Shown: piece after piece, positions 47,679 to 57,228 of the stretch
Numbering within the stretch: position 1 is the stretch's first letter
Layout: each line of letters opens with the position of its first letter
Assembly (NCBI GenBank): GCA_036158955.1
Contig: JAYYFI010000018.1
Span: 35,868-99,867, forward strand
Direction: 5' to 3'
Source of the DNA: Pseudomonadota bacterium
Lineage (GTDB): Bacteria; Pseudomonadota; Gammaproteobacteria; Ga0077536
Length of the DNA: 64,000 nucleotides
The notes under the pieces: model-generated
Told to the model about the DNA's origin: nothing
Seen by the model: the letters and a program-made list of their open reading frames with translations, nothing else
Databases searched by the model: none
Made by a program: the position numbers and the translations under genes

Positions 47679-49283
47679 CTAATATATTACGCAGTCGATG
47701 AAATTATTAGCTGCAACCTCGTCGCACTTAATTTTATATTCTCCAACACCTCCACAATAAGGGATAACTCTTCTAGCTTTGCCTTTAACGTTAGTTCCTG
47801 TGTACCACGAATCTGTTTTATGAACCAATGTTGATTCTGCAACTTCATCATGGTGTTCACCCCATTTTTGTTCAGATTGTTTTGAGGGTTCAATGGCATT
47901 TTTCCCCCTGCTGACAACGTGTTTAATGCAGTTTTCTATCCATGTCACTTGCTGGTCAACGCATGTAGGTACGTTACAAAAAGCAGCCCCGGGTGACATA
48001 GGGGCGTTAACCAGAAACATGTTTGGATAACCGTGAACTTGCATTCCTAAAAATGTACTTACACCGTTTTTCTGCCAGTCATCGCGGAGTAATCGCCTAT
48101 CTTTCCCATACAGATCTATAGCATTTAGGGCTCCTGTTCCCGCATCAAACCCAGTAGCAAGTATTAAAATGTCAAGATTAATGTCTTGGTCATTTAAAAT
48201 AACTGTCTGCCCCTCTATTTTTTTTATTGCATTCGTCCTAACATCAACCAAACTAACATTAGGTTGGTTGTACACTTCGTAATAATTAGTTTCCAGAGGA
48301 ACACGACGAGTTCCAAATCCGTAATCTTTAGGGACTAGTTTTTCCGCAGTTATTGGGTCTTTAACTCTTGACCTAATTTTGTCTCTTACAAATTGTGAAA
48401 TTTCCTTATTAGCCTCTTCCTCAAAAAATATTTCCGGAAACTGCCCGATCCAAAAACTTAGTGAACCTTCTTTCCAGTACTTTTCCATACAAGTCAATCG
48501 TTCCTCTTGGCTTAATTCATGAAAAGAACTTTCAAAGTCATAGAAGAACCCTGCGAAGGTATTCTGTCGAGTCTCCTTGATCTTGGGATACTGGCTCTTT
48601 AACTCTTTCATTTTGTTCTCGGTAAATTTTGGATTATTCATAGGAATCGTATAATTTGGAGTTCTTTGAAATACGGTAAGGTGCTTAACTTTGGGAGCAA
48701 TCGATTGTATTACTTGAATTCCCGTCGCACCTGTTCCGATTATCCCTACATTTTTTCCGTCGAGACTCAATCCTTTTTTTGGCCAGTGGCTTGTGTGGAG
48801 AATTTTTCCAGTAAATTCATTAATTCCTTCAATATCTGGTAACTGGGCTTTCGAAAGTAACCCGCTTCCCATCAGAAGAAACTGACTTTGTATTTCAAAA
48901 CCATCTTCTGTTACGACTTTCCAGGAATTCAATTTTTCTAAAAATTCCGCCTTAACTACTTTTGATTTAAACCGCATGAATTTTTTAAGATCGAATTTTT
49001 CGGCAACAAAATTAAGGTATCTTTCGGTTTCCTCTTGAGCTGGAAATTTTTCTTTCCAATTCCATTCTTCTAAAAGTTCTTCTGAAAAGAAGTATTGATA
49101 AACATAGGATTCAGAATCGGTGCGAGCACCAGGGTATCGATTCCAGTACCAAGTTCCACCAATTCCATCACCAGCTTCGAGGGTTTGCACAGAATACCCT
49201 AAACTAGTAAATTTGTGCGTTGCAAAAACTCCCGTAAAACCTGCTCCAACTATCGTTATATCAACTTGTTTGCTTTTTTTCAT
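47679..49283 (-). CDS. Baeyer-Villiger monooxygenase (second full-length paralog)
   Basis: GAGFTGVF, GGTWYWNRYPG, the BVMO fingerprint FTGKILHTSHWP, and a second GTGATG Rossmann motif. 534 aa. Confidence 0.9.
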   Translation of the reverse strand: MKKSKQVDITIVGAGFTGVFATHKFTSLGYSVQTLEAGDGIGGTWYWNRYPGARTDSESYVYQYFFSEELLEEWNWKEKFPAQEETERYLNFVAEKFDLKKFMRFKSKVVKAEFLEKLNSWKVVTEDGFEIQSQFLLMGSGLLSKAQLPDIEGINEFTGKILHTSHWPKKGLSLDGKNVGIIGTGATGIQVIQSIAPKVKHLTVFQRTPNYTIPMNNPKFTENKMKELKSQYPKIKETRQNTFAGFFYDFESSFHELSQEERLTCMEKYWKEGSLSFWIGQFPEIFFEEEANKEISQFVRDKIRSRVKDPITAEKLVPKDYGFGTRRVPLETNYYEVYNQPNVSLVDVRTNAIKKIEGQTVILNDQDINLDILILATGFDAGTGALNAIDLYGKDRRLLRDDWQKNGVSTFLGMQVHGYPNMFLVNAPMSPGAAFCNVPTCVDQQVTWIENCIKHVVSRGKNAIEPSKQSEQKWGEHHDEVAESTLVHKTDSWYTGTNVKGKARRVIPYCGGVGEYKIKCDEVAANNFIDCVIY

Positions 49284-49390
49284 TCGGCTAAATTCCTTTT
49301 AAATCATATCTTCTAAAATATTTTCAGTAAAATAAAAATAATTCAAGAGTGTTTCACTACTAATTATGTGATTTAGTTTAATATATGTAA

Positions 49391-50692
49391 ATGCATAAAA
49401 TAATTTTTATTGCTATTTTGATGTTAGGGAGTGGGGCGGCGTCCTCATACAATGCTAGTTTAATTGATCGAACTGAATTTGACCCATCAATTCAGCTTCT
49501 ACTTGGTCTTCAATATGGCTCGGGAATAAACTATGGTTTTGGGGCCATAGATTCGACTGATGAAAAGAGCCGATCAACGTTGTCGATAGCCGCAAAGCCT
49601 AGCTTGAAAACGCAAATAAATCTCCCAAGTTCAAATGTTTATAGTGGTATCTCTGTAGTTGCTGCTACAACCTCCCTGGATGGTGAAATTAGCGGTCAAG
49701 TTGCAAAATCCGGTGACCAAGCACTGGACTTTGATCATTCTTACATCGGATGGAAAAATTCAATTTTAGATATTTCAGTGGGGGCACAGGACTTTACTAT
49801 TGGTGATGGTTTCATAATAGGTGATGGAAATTATAACCAGGGGGCAGAAAATGGTCAGTATTGGATTGGTGCTTTCTCGGCGTGGCGAAATTCTTTAGTA
49901 GTTAGATTAAATTTAAATCAATTTTTAACAGAGTTTTTTTGGCTGAGAACTGATAATGATTTTCGGGATGGCAGAATAATTGGTGTCAATTTTGAGTATT
50001 TAGACGATATTTATGGTGAGTTGGGGTTTTCAACTGTTCACGTTTTAGAAGGTGACGCATTTAACCTAAGGGGCATGCAAGCTTGGAGCTTCCGAGTAGC
50101 AGACTTTCGTCCAGTTCAAATAGAAGGGCTAAAATTTTTTGGTGAATGGGTTTTACAAACAGGCGTGGATGATCAAGGCGGGGGTCGAAAAAATCAAGCG
50201 TTTGGTTGGTATATTGAGAATGAATACGAAATTCCTTTTGGTTCTTATAAACCTGTCATTAACTATCGCTATTCAAACTTGTCGGGGGATGATTTGGGTA
50301 CAGAGAAAAATGAGGGTTATCGCGGACTCTATTATACTATTTTTAAGAGAGGATGGGATACTTGGTATCAAGGTGAAATAGCCGGTGAATATCATCTTTT
50401 TAATAGCAATCAGATAACGCAGATGTTTAAATTGAAACTGCCTTTATCAAAAAATTCGTTTGCTGTGATTTACTATTATGACCACGAATTAAATGAAAAA
50501 CACTATTTTGGCCAAAGGGTGAATTCAAAGAAATGGTCTAGTGAATTAAACGTGGGGGTAGAACAAATGAAGTCCACTGGTTTTTACGGTTATTTTGGCC
50601 TTGCCCTTTCGAGGCCACGATCTGCTGCAAAGGAAATCTTTGGCGATGATGATTTTTTTGTAGTGCAGACTTTCTTATCATATAATTTTTAA
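49391..50692 (+). CDS. putative outer-membrane beta-barrel protein (porin / alginate-export-like), signal peptide
   Basis: Signal peptide, pervasive alternating aromatic/Gly-rich beta-strand pattern, and a C-terminal ...LSYNF (terminal Phe). 433 aa. It is divergent from a BVMO gene. Confidence 0.45.
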   Translation: MHKIIFIAILMLGSGAASSYNASLIDRTEFDPSIQLLLGLQYGSGINYGFGAIDSTDEKSRSTLSIAAKPSLKTQINLPSSNVYSGISVVAATTSLDGEISGQVAKSGDQALDFDHSYIGWKNSILDISVGAQDFTIGDGFIIGDGNYNQGAENGQYWIGAFSAWRNSLVVRLNLNQFLTEFFWLRTDNDFRDGRIIGVNFEYLDDIYGELGFSTVHVLEGDAFNLRGMQAWSFRVADFRPVQIEGLKFFGEWVLQTGVDDQGGGRKNQAFGWYIENEYEIPFGSYKPVINYRYSNLSGDDLGTEKNEGYRGLYYTIFKRGWDTWYQGEIAGEYHLFNSNQITQMFKLKLPLSKNSFAVIYYYDHELNEKHYFGQRVNSKKWSSELNVGVEQMKSTGFYGYFGLALSRPRSAAKEIFGDDDFFVVQTFLSYNF

Positions 50693-50696
50693 ACAA

Positions 50697-51023
50697 ATGA
50701 AGTATCACGCTCATATCTATTGGACTAGTGAATTTGAAAAAGAGATAGCACTTGGACTGCGGATACCTTTACATAATAATAAGTGCGGGCTGGGAAAAAT
50801 TCACGATACGCAAGTTGGGCCGCATAATTTTCCTATGTATCAAGTGAGCTACGATGATTCTAATAAAAACTTTGTAGAAGCATTCCTCAAAACACACAGA
50901 AATGGACTGAGTATTCTTTTGCATAAAATAACGAAAGAAGGTGATCTTTATGACCATACATTCGGGGCAAGGTGGTTAGGGAATAAGTTGAAACTTAATC
51001 TGGAAATTTTCGAAGAAGAATGA
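50697..51023 (+). CDS. DOPA 4,5-dioxygenase-family protein (YgiD-like)
   Basis: The N-terminal MKYHAHIYW motif is characteristic of the small (~110 aa) DOPA-dioxygenase-like family. Confidence 0.65.
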   Translation: MKYHAHIYWTSEFEKEIALGLRIPLHNNKCGLGKIHDTQVGPHNFPMYQVSYDDSNKNFVEAFLKTHRNGLSILLHKITKEGDLYDHTFGARWLGNKLKLNLEIFEEE

Positions 51024-51250
51024 AAGAGAAAACACAAGATATTTTTTTGGATGAAATTAATTTTAGTAAAGATGAAATTATTCAAATGGCGCTTTCAGAT
51101 GATGTTTCCTTTGCTAGTATAAAAAATAGGTTTGGGCTCAGTGAACACGAGGTCAAGAAATTAATGAGAAAAAGTATATCGCCTAAGAGCTACAGAAGAT
51201 GGCGAAAAAGAGTAAGGGATTTTTCTGACAGAAGAGAATTTTACAAATAA
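51020..51250 (+). CDS. small conserved hypothetical protein (DUF2805/TIGR03643-like), basic C-terminus
   Basis: 76 aa. Its ATG overlaps the upstream TGA (ATGA), suggesting translational coupling with the dioxygenase-like gene. Confidence 0.35.
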   Translation: MKEKTQDIFLDEINFSKDEIIQMALSDDVSFASIKNRFGLSEHEVKKLMRKSISPKSYRRWRKRVRDFSDRREFYK

Positions 51251-51262
51251 TATTAGGAATGA

Positions 51263-52744
51263 ATGATGAATGAATATTTACACTTTATAGGTAATGAATG
51301 GGTCACCTCAGCTTCGGGACAATGGTTTGAATCTGAAAACCCTTATACGGGAGAGCAGTGGGCACGTGTATCGAAAGGTAGCTCCGAAGAAGTTGATAAT
51401 GCGGTGGCGCAAGCCAAGGCTGCTTTGGATGGCGAATGGGGTGAGTATACTCCGACTGAACGAGGAAAGATATTGGTTAAACTATCCGAACTAATTGAAA
51501 GAGAATCGGAAGCATTGGGGCGTATAGAAACAAAGGATAACGGCAAGCTGTTTGCGGAGATGAGTGCCCAAACAAGAGTTATGGCAGAGTGGTATAGATA
51601 TTATGGCGGCCTTGCCGACAAAATTGAGGGTTCTGTTCTTCCTGCAACTAAAAAAGGAATTTTTAACTACACGCGATATGAACCTCTTGGCGTAATTGGG
51701 CTTATTACTGCATGGAATTCACCACTATTACTTTTGGCTTTTAAACTCGCACCTGCTCTAGCAGCTGGTAATACTGTGGTCATTAAGCCCTCCGAATATA
51801 CCTCGGCCTCTACGTTAGAATTTATGAAATTAATCCTGGAGGTTGGAATGCCAAAAGGGGTCGTTAATACCGTTGCCGGTTTTGGCAATGATGTAGGTCA
51901 ATCTTTGGTAGAGCATCCTGACGTTGCGAAGATAGCATTCACTGGTTCGGATGTTTCTGGTGCTAAGATTAAGGAACTTGCAGCAAAAAAAATTATGCCT
52001 GTAACATTGGAGTTGGGTGGGAAATCACCGAACATAGTTTTTGATGATGCTGATTTCGAAGCTGCAATCATTGGTGCTATCTCGGGTATATTTGCGGCTA
52101 CGGGTCAAACATGTATCGCGGGTTCCAGATTGCTGGTTCAGAAAAATATTCATGATAAATTCGTCAAGAGACTTGTAGAGATCGCTAGTGAGGCCAAAAT
52201 TGGGGACCCAATGTTAGCAGACACGCATGTTGGCCCTGTCACTACTCCCCCTCAATTTCAAAAAGTTTTGGAATATATAGATATCGCAAAGGAGGAAGGG
52301 GCAAAATGTGTACTAGGAGGTAAGAAATATGAAGGACCAAACGTATCAGGAGACAGATTCGTGGAGCCAACAATTTTTACTGGTGTTTCTAATGATATGA
52401 GGATCGCGCAGGAAGAAGTTTTTGGACCCATACTGTCTATCATTCCCTTTGAGGATGAAGCTGAAGCGGTGAAAATAGGGAATGATATTGTTTATGGCTT
52501 AGCAGCTGGCGTGTGGACTAATGATATTGGCAGAGCACTTCGTATGTCAGAAAAACTGCGAGCAGGAACCGTATGGGTGAATACATATAGAGCGTTGAGT
52601 TATACCGCACCATTTGGTGGATTTAAGCGAAGTGGGGAGGGTCGAGAAAATGGGAAAGAAGCGATCAAAGAATTTTTAGAAGTTAAGTCGGTTTGGATCA
52701 ATCATGAATTGTCTAAAGAAAATCCTTTTATCATGAAGTTATGA
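51263..52744 (+). CDS. NAD(P)-dependent aldehyde dehydrogenase
   Basis: ALDH Glu active-site motif ELGGKSP and the catalytic Cys motif GQTCIAGSRL. 493 aa. Confidence 0.9.
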   Translation: MMNEYLHFIGNEWVTSASGQWFESENPYTGEQWARVSKGSSEEVDNAVAQAKAALDGEWGEYTPTERGKILVKLSELIERESEALGRIETKDNGKLFAEMSAQTRVMAEWYRYYGGLADKIEGSVLPATKKGIFNYTRYEPLGVIGLITAWNSPLLLLAFKLAPALAAGNTVVIKPSEYTSASTLEFMKLILEVGMPKGVVNTVAGFGNDVGQSLVEHPDVAKIAFTGSDVSGAKIKELAAKKIMPVTLELGGKSPNIVFDDADFEAAIIGAISGIFAATGQTCIAGSRLLVQKNIHDKFVKRLVEIASEAKIGDPMLADTHVGPVTTPPQFQKVLEYIDIAKEEGAKCVLGGKKYEGPNVSGDRFVEPTIFTGVSNDMRIAQEEVFGPILSIIPFEDEAEAVKIGNDIVYGLAAGVWTNDIGRALRMSEKLRAGTVWVNTYRALSYTAPFGGFKRSGEGRENGKEAIKEFLEVKSVWINHELSKENPFIMKL

Positions 52745-52747
52745 TTA

Positions 52748-54010
52748 TCAATTATTTTTTTTTTCGGGGAGAGCTTTGATATTTCCTTCGGTTTTTTTGG
52801 TTAACGTCTCCAAAGGATCTGGAAGTTTTTTCTTAACTTTTGCACCAAGTTGTCTTAATTTTTCAGCTTTGTCCATCAGGTTGCCGCGGCCAGAAATAAG
52901 CCGATTATGTATTTTATCGAAACTCTCATTTGTTTTATTAAAATAGTTTTGAGCTTGTCTTAATCCCTCAATAAGTAAAACAATTTGATCGTGAATTTTC
53001 CCACCAGTCTCAGCTATTTTGAGGACGTTTTGATCTTGCCTATATTCGCGAAGAATGGAGCTAAACATCACAGTTAAGTACATAAAATTATTTGGTCCGG
53101 TGAGCATTACGTTATTATCGATTGCAAATTGGGAGAGGTCTAAGTCGTGACTTAGAGCGATATTTAATGCGGGTTCTATCGGAACGAACATTACGACATG
53201 GTGAAATGAGCCGAATTGACTGTAATCCTTACCTGATAACTCTTTTATGTGTCTCTTCAATGATACGATGTGACTCTTGAGTGCTTTTTGTTTTGTGGTA
53301 TCATCATCACCGTTATGGTAGTTAAAGTAATCTACTAGCGAAACTTTTGAATCAACTATGATCTTTCTGTTTCCAGGCAGGTTTATAATGATGTCAGGAA
53401 TTTTTCTTTTTCCTTGTTCGTCCTCATAGCCTGTCTGTTTAGTATAATCGAGTCCTTCTTGCAGGCCGTGGAAGTCAAGTATTAATTCAAGTTTTTCCTC
53501 TCCCCAGTTACCTCTTATTTTACTGTCGCCTAGTAGAGCTTTAGAGAGTGACTCAGCCTGTTCGTTCATTTGAAGGTTTAGATCTTTAAGACCATCGATT
53601 TGAGTCTTTAATTCCACTCGAAGGTCTTGATTTTGTCTGTTAAAGCCGTCAACTGATTGTTTAAACTCCTTTAATTGTTTTTCATAGGGCTCTATTAATG
53701 AGGAGACTGTTTTTTTACTTCGCGTTTCAAAAATATCTTGATTTTCATTAAATATTTGTTTTGTTAGTTGCGACCATTTTTCTTTAAATTGCTTGTCTTG
53801 TTCCTCTAGAAAGTTGATTTTTGCCTGTGCGAATTCAGTGTCTTTTTTTGATTCCACTGATAATTGTAAATTTTGTTTTTCGAGTTTTCGGATTACTTCT
53901 TCTTTTTCCTTAATCTCATTTTGTTTTATTGTAAAAATTTTATAAAACGCTATTCCACCAGCGAGTAGCAGAGAAGTGAACAAAACCGACAGAGTTATTA
54001 TTGTTTCCAT
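52748..54010 (-). CDS. rmuC: DNA recombination protein RmuC
   Basis: N-terminal TM helix, long coiled-coil, and a conserved C-terminal RmuC domain. It is convergent with the ALDH gene, with only 3 nt between the stops. Confidence 0.8.
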   Translation of the reverse strand: METIITLSVLFTSLLLAGGIAFYKIFTIKQNEIKEKEEVIRKLEKQNLQLSVESKKDTEFAQAKINFLEEQDKQFKEKWSQLTKQIFNENQDIFETRSKKTVSSLIEPYEKQLKEFKQSVDGFNRQNQDLRVELKTQIDGLKDLNLQMNEQAESLSKALLGDSKIRGNWGEEKLELILDFHGLQEGLDYTKQTGYEDEQGKRKIPDIIINLPGNRKIIVDSKVSLVDYFNYHNGDDDTTKQKALKSHIVSLKRHIKELSGKDYSQFGSFHHVVMFVPIEPALNIALSHDLDLSQFAIDNNVMLTGPNNFMYLTVMFSSILREYRQDQNVLKIAETGGKIHDQIVLLIEGLRQAQNYFNKTNESFDKIHNRLISGRGNLMDKAEKLRQLGAKVKKKLPDPLETLTKKTEGNIKALPEKKNN

Positions 54011-54093
54011 GAAGACAGTATGCTTAAAAACAGCATATTTTTAAAGCGATGGGTTGGAAGGAGGTAAAAACCTCCTTCCTCTGTACTTTAACC

Positions 54094-54549
54094 TCAGTTT
54101 ATAGAAATTTTTCTAGGCTTGCGTTCATCAGGAATGACTCTTTCCAAATTAATACAAAGCATTCCGTCTTTGATCGATGCCTCTTTAACTACTATGTCGT
54201 CCGCTAGACTAAAACGTTTTGTAAATTGTCGTTTAGCAATTCCCTGATATAATGCACTAACGTTTGGTTCATTTTCAGCTGATTTGTTGACAGAACTAAT
54301 TGACAGTATCCCATCTGATACTTCGATATCTAAATCTGATCTACTGAAACCGGCCAATGCTATTTCGATCACAAATTTATTGTTTTCGTGTTTTTTGACA
54401 TTATACGGGGGGTAATTCGTAGTTGAATTACTGTGGTTTGCGTAATCCCAGAGTCTGTCGAAAGTTCGGTCAAACCCTACTGTGAAGGGACTAAGTAATT
54501 CTGAGTCAAAAGACTCAAGTGCGTTTCTAAAAGTTCTTATTGTGTTCAT
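54094..54549 (-). CDS. Hsp20/alpha-crystallin family small heat-shock protein (IbpA-like)
   Basis: Alpha-crystallin domain (…YPPYNVKKHENNKFVIEIALAGFSRSDLDIEVSDGILSIS…). 151 aa. Confidence 0.85.
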   Translation of the reverse strand: MNTIRTFRNALESFDSELLSPFTVGFDRTFDRLWDYANHSNSTTNYPPYNVKKHENNKFVIEIALAGFSRSDLDIEVSDGILSISSVNKSAENEPNVSALYQGIAKRQFTKRFSLADDIVVKEASIKDGMLCINLERVIPDERKPRKISIN

Positions 54550-54638
54550 ATTATAATCTCCTTATTAAGCAAGATGTTTTCAATAGCGTTGTCCGCTATT
54601 TACTTATATGGGGATTAAAATAAAAAACTCAATCCATT

Positions 54639-55826
54639 TTAAAAATTTTTTTCGGTTAAGGGCGCGATCCTTAAAAGTTTAGCGTTTGGTCCATCTGTCA
54701 ATACATAAATAAATCCGTTTGAATCTGTGGTAACAAGTCTTAGTCTTCCGTATTTTCCATCGAGTAATCGTTCCTCAGATCCAACGGTTGCGCCATTGAA
54801 TTCTAGTCTGGTTATAACGTTATAAGTGAGCGATGTAACAAAAAAGCTACCTTTCCATTTTGGAAAGGTATTCTTATGATATATCATGAGGCTAGAAGGT
54901 GCGTTCGATGGTGTCCATTGATAAATTGGGTTTTCGATACCCTCTTTACTTTCAATGCCTAAACCGATTTTTGTACCAGTTACATAGTTTCTTCCGTAAG
55001 TTACATCTGCCCAGCCGTAATTTTTACCGGGGTGTATCAAATTTAATTCGCAACCGCCCATTGGACCGTGTTCTACCGCCCAAATGGAATTTCCTTGAAG
55101 TGCAACCCCTTGCACGTTTCGATGCCCCCAAGAAAATACTTTCCGTACGTCAAGATTTTCTGATTTTGAGAAGGGATTATCTTCGACTGCACTTCCGTCG
55201 TCATTAACACGAATGATGGAACCCGGGTGAGTCTTGATATCTTGTCCGTTAGGGCGATGCCCTCTATCTCCCAGCGTGATTATTAAAGTTCTATCTTGTA
55301 AGAATAAAAGTCTGGATCCAAAGTGTCTCGGGTCTTTGTTTTTACTGTTGGCTATAAAGATTGTTTCGGGATTTTCCAGGCCGTTTCCAGTAAGCTTAGC
55401 CCGCGCTACCTCGGTCCCGCAATTTCCAGCACGTCTTTTACTAAAGCTAAAATAAACCATCTGGTTCGTCTCAAAATCTGGATGTAAGACTATATCCATT
55501 AACCCACCTTGCCCACATTTAAAAACTTCGATGGGAACAGAGAGTCTGGTAAGTTGATTTGTCAGTAAGTCGAGCTTTACAATTTCACCGTTTTTTTGTG
55601 AAATTAAAGCGACATCAGGATTTAAAAAAGCAAGCCCCCAAGGGTTGTCCAAGTTGTTTACTATTGTTTTAACGCTAAAGTCGTGATGTTTACTTGTAAA
55701 TACATTTGTTTCGGTTAATGCACCGTGGCAAGTAGTTGCAAACAGTAGCGTTGATAACCACAGTACAAGACCTTTGTTCAATAACTTAGTCCTTATGTGG
55801 CGCCTTTTGATATCGTATCTTTTCAT
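54639..55826 (-). CDS. PQQ-dependent sugar dehydrogenase (soluble glucose/sorbosone dehydrogenase, YliI-like beta-propeller)
   Basis: Signal peptide, the NPWGLAFL motif and conserved His of the sGDH family. 395 aa. Confidence 0.8.
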   Translation of the reverse strand: MKRYDIKRRHIRTKLLNKGLVLWLSTLLFATTCHGALTETNVFTSKHHDFSVKTIVNNLDNPWGLAFLNPDVALISQKNGEIVKLDLLTNQLTRLSVPIEVFKCGQGGLMDIVLHPDFETNQMVYFSFSKRRAGNCGTEVARAKLTGNGLENPETIFIANSKNKDPRHFGSRLLFLQDRTLIITLGDRGHRPNGQDIKTHPGSIIRVNDDGSAVEDNPFSKSENLDVRKVFSWGHRNVQGVALQGNSIWAVEHGPMGGCELNLIHPGKNYGWADVTYGRNYVTGTKIGLGIESKEGIENPIYQWTPSNAPSSLMIYHKNTFPKWKGSFFVTSLTYNVITRLEFNGATVGSEERLLDGKYGRLRLVTTDSNGFIYVLTDGPNAKLLRIAPLTEKNF

Positions 55827-56119
55827 AGCTTCAACATTTCAATTGTATTGTTATCAAGGTCGCTTATGTAAACAGACTTGGTTCCATCCCTGTGTCTTGT
55901 CTCTTCGCCAAACTCTGATATGGAATCTCGCTCTATTGCGTAGTGAGGTGGATGTTCGTTTTTTGTCACTAACGCCAAGGATATGTTGGCAAACTTTAAG
56001 AGTGCCCAACTTGAGTCGACATACTCCACTTCACAAGAAAATTTGGTTTTATACCATTCCACAGATTTACTTATGTCCGCTACTTGCACCGCAATGTGGT
56101 GTATTTTATCTAAATTCAT
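55823..56119 (-). CDS. VOC-family (glyoxalase/bleomycin-resistance fold) protein
   Basis: Glyoxalase-like N-terminus (IHHIAVQVADISKSVEWY). 98 aa. It overlaps the upstream gene end by 4 nt. Confidence 0.65.
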   Translation of the reverse strand: MNLDKIHHIAVQVADISKSVEWYKTKFSCEVEYVDSSWALLKFANISLALVTKNEHPPHYAIERDSISEFGEETRHRDGTKSVYISDLDNNTIEMLKL

Positions 56120-56227
56120 AAAAACCCCCGAATAAACTACATAATTATTACGATTTTTTTGTTTAATTAGATCCTATTTAAAGCCGCTTGTATATTTGAA
56201 CTCGTAAAATGATAGAGAGTAGTTAAA

Positions 56228-57193
56228 ATGACATTAATTTCTATGACTGACAACGGTCTTTTTTGCCCTATTGGCAAATTTTATATAGACCCTTATCGTG
56301 GTGTCGGGACGGCTATTATTACCCATGCGCACGCAGATCATGCCAAAATCGGCAGTGCAAACTATATCACTAACACTTTAGGAGTTCCTATTCTCAAGAA
56401 AAGATTAGGCTCAAAAATCAAAATTTTAGGCCTGGACTATGGTGAATCTATTATAATTAATAATGTAAAAGTAAGTTTGCACCCTGCGGGACATATATTA
56501 GGGTCATCACAAGTTCGTGTGGAGTTCGAAAATGAGGTTGTGGTTGTAACGGGAGATTATAAAAGAGCGCTTGATCAAACATGTGAAGGTTTTCAAAGTC
56601 TGCAATGTGATACATTGATAACAGAATCAACATTTGCTCATCCGATATATAATTGGCCTAGCTTTGATAGCGTGATCGCAGATATTTACGATTGGTGGCT
56701 TTGCAATCGAAAAAAAAAGATAACTAGCATACTTTTCGCGTATTCGCTTGGTAAAACTCAAAGAATATTGGCTGGCTTATCAGAATTTACTAATGACACG
56801 GCGCTTCTTCACGGCGCTTCGGTGGAGTTGACTCAGATCTACAGAGAAGCTGGAGTTAGAATGTTGCCAACCGTCCCAGTTTCACAATTAAAAAATAACA
56901 GCAAATTTGATGAGAGTTTGGTCATTGCTCCACCCAGTGCTTTTCGTTCGGCATGGCTCAAAAAATTTAAGGAATATAGAACGGGGTTTTGCTCGGGATG
57001 GATGTTGGTGAGAGGCAATCGTAGAAGAAATGGTTACGACCGTGGTTTTGTGATCAGCGATCATGCCGATTGGAATGGTTTGGTCCAAACGATAAAAGAA
57101 TCCAAAGCTGAAAATATTGTGGTAACACATGGTAGATCAGACATATTGATTCGATATCTGAAGGATATCAACTTAAAAGCAAACCATTTTTGA
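56228..57193 (+). CDS. ligase-associated DNA damage response exonuclease (metallo-beta-lactamase fold)
   Basis: MBL motif HAHADH, plus its position as the first gene of the Exo-Lig-Lhr-PdeM cassette. Confidence 0.8.
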   Translation: MTLISMTDNGLFCPIGKFYIDPYRGVGTAIITHAHADHAKIGSANYITNTLGVPILKKRLGSKIKILGLDYGESIIINNVKVSLHPAGHILGSSQVRVEFENEVVVVTGDYKRALDQTCEGFQSLQCDTLITESTFAHPIYNWPSFDSVIADIYDWWLCNRKKKITSILFAYSLGKTQRILAGLSEFTNDTALLHGASVELTQIYREAGVRMLPTVPVSQLKNNSKFDESLVIAPPSAFRSAWLKKFKEYRTGFCSGWMLVRGNRRRNGYDRGFVISDHADWNGLVQTIKESKAENIVVTHGRSDILIRYLKDINLKANHF

Positions 57194-57228
57194 TCTAGTC
57201 ATACAACGTACACATCCATTGGAAGCAA

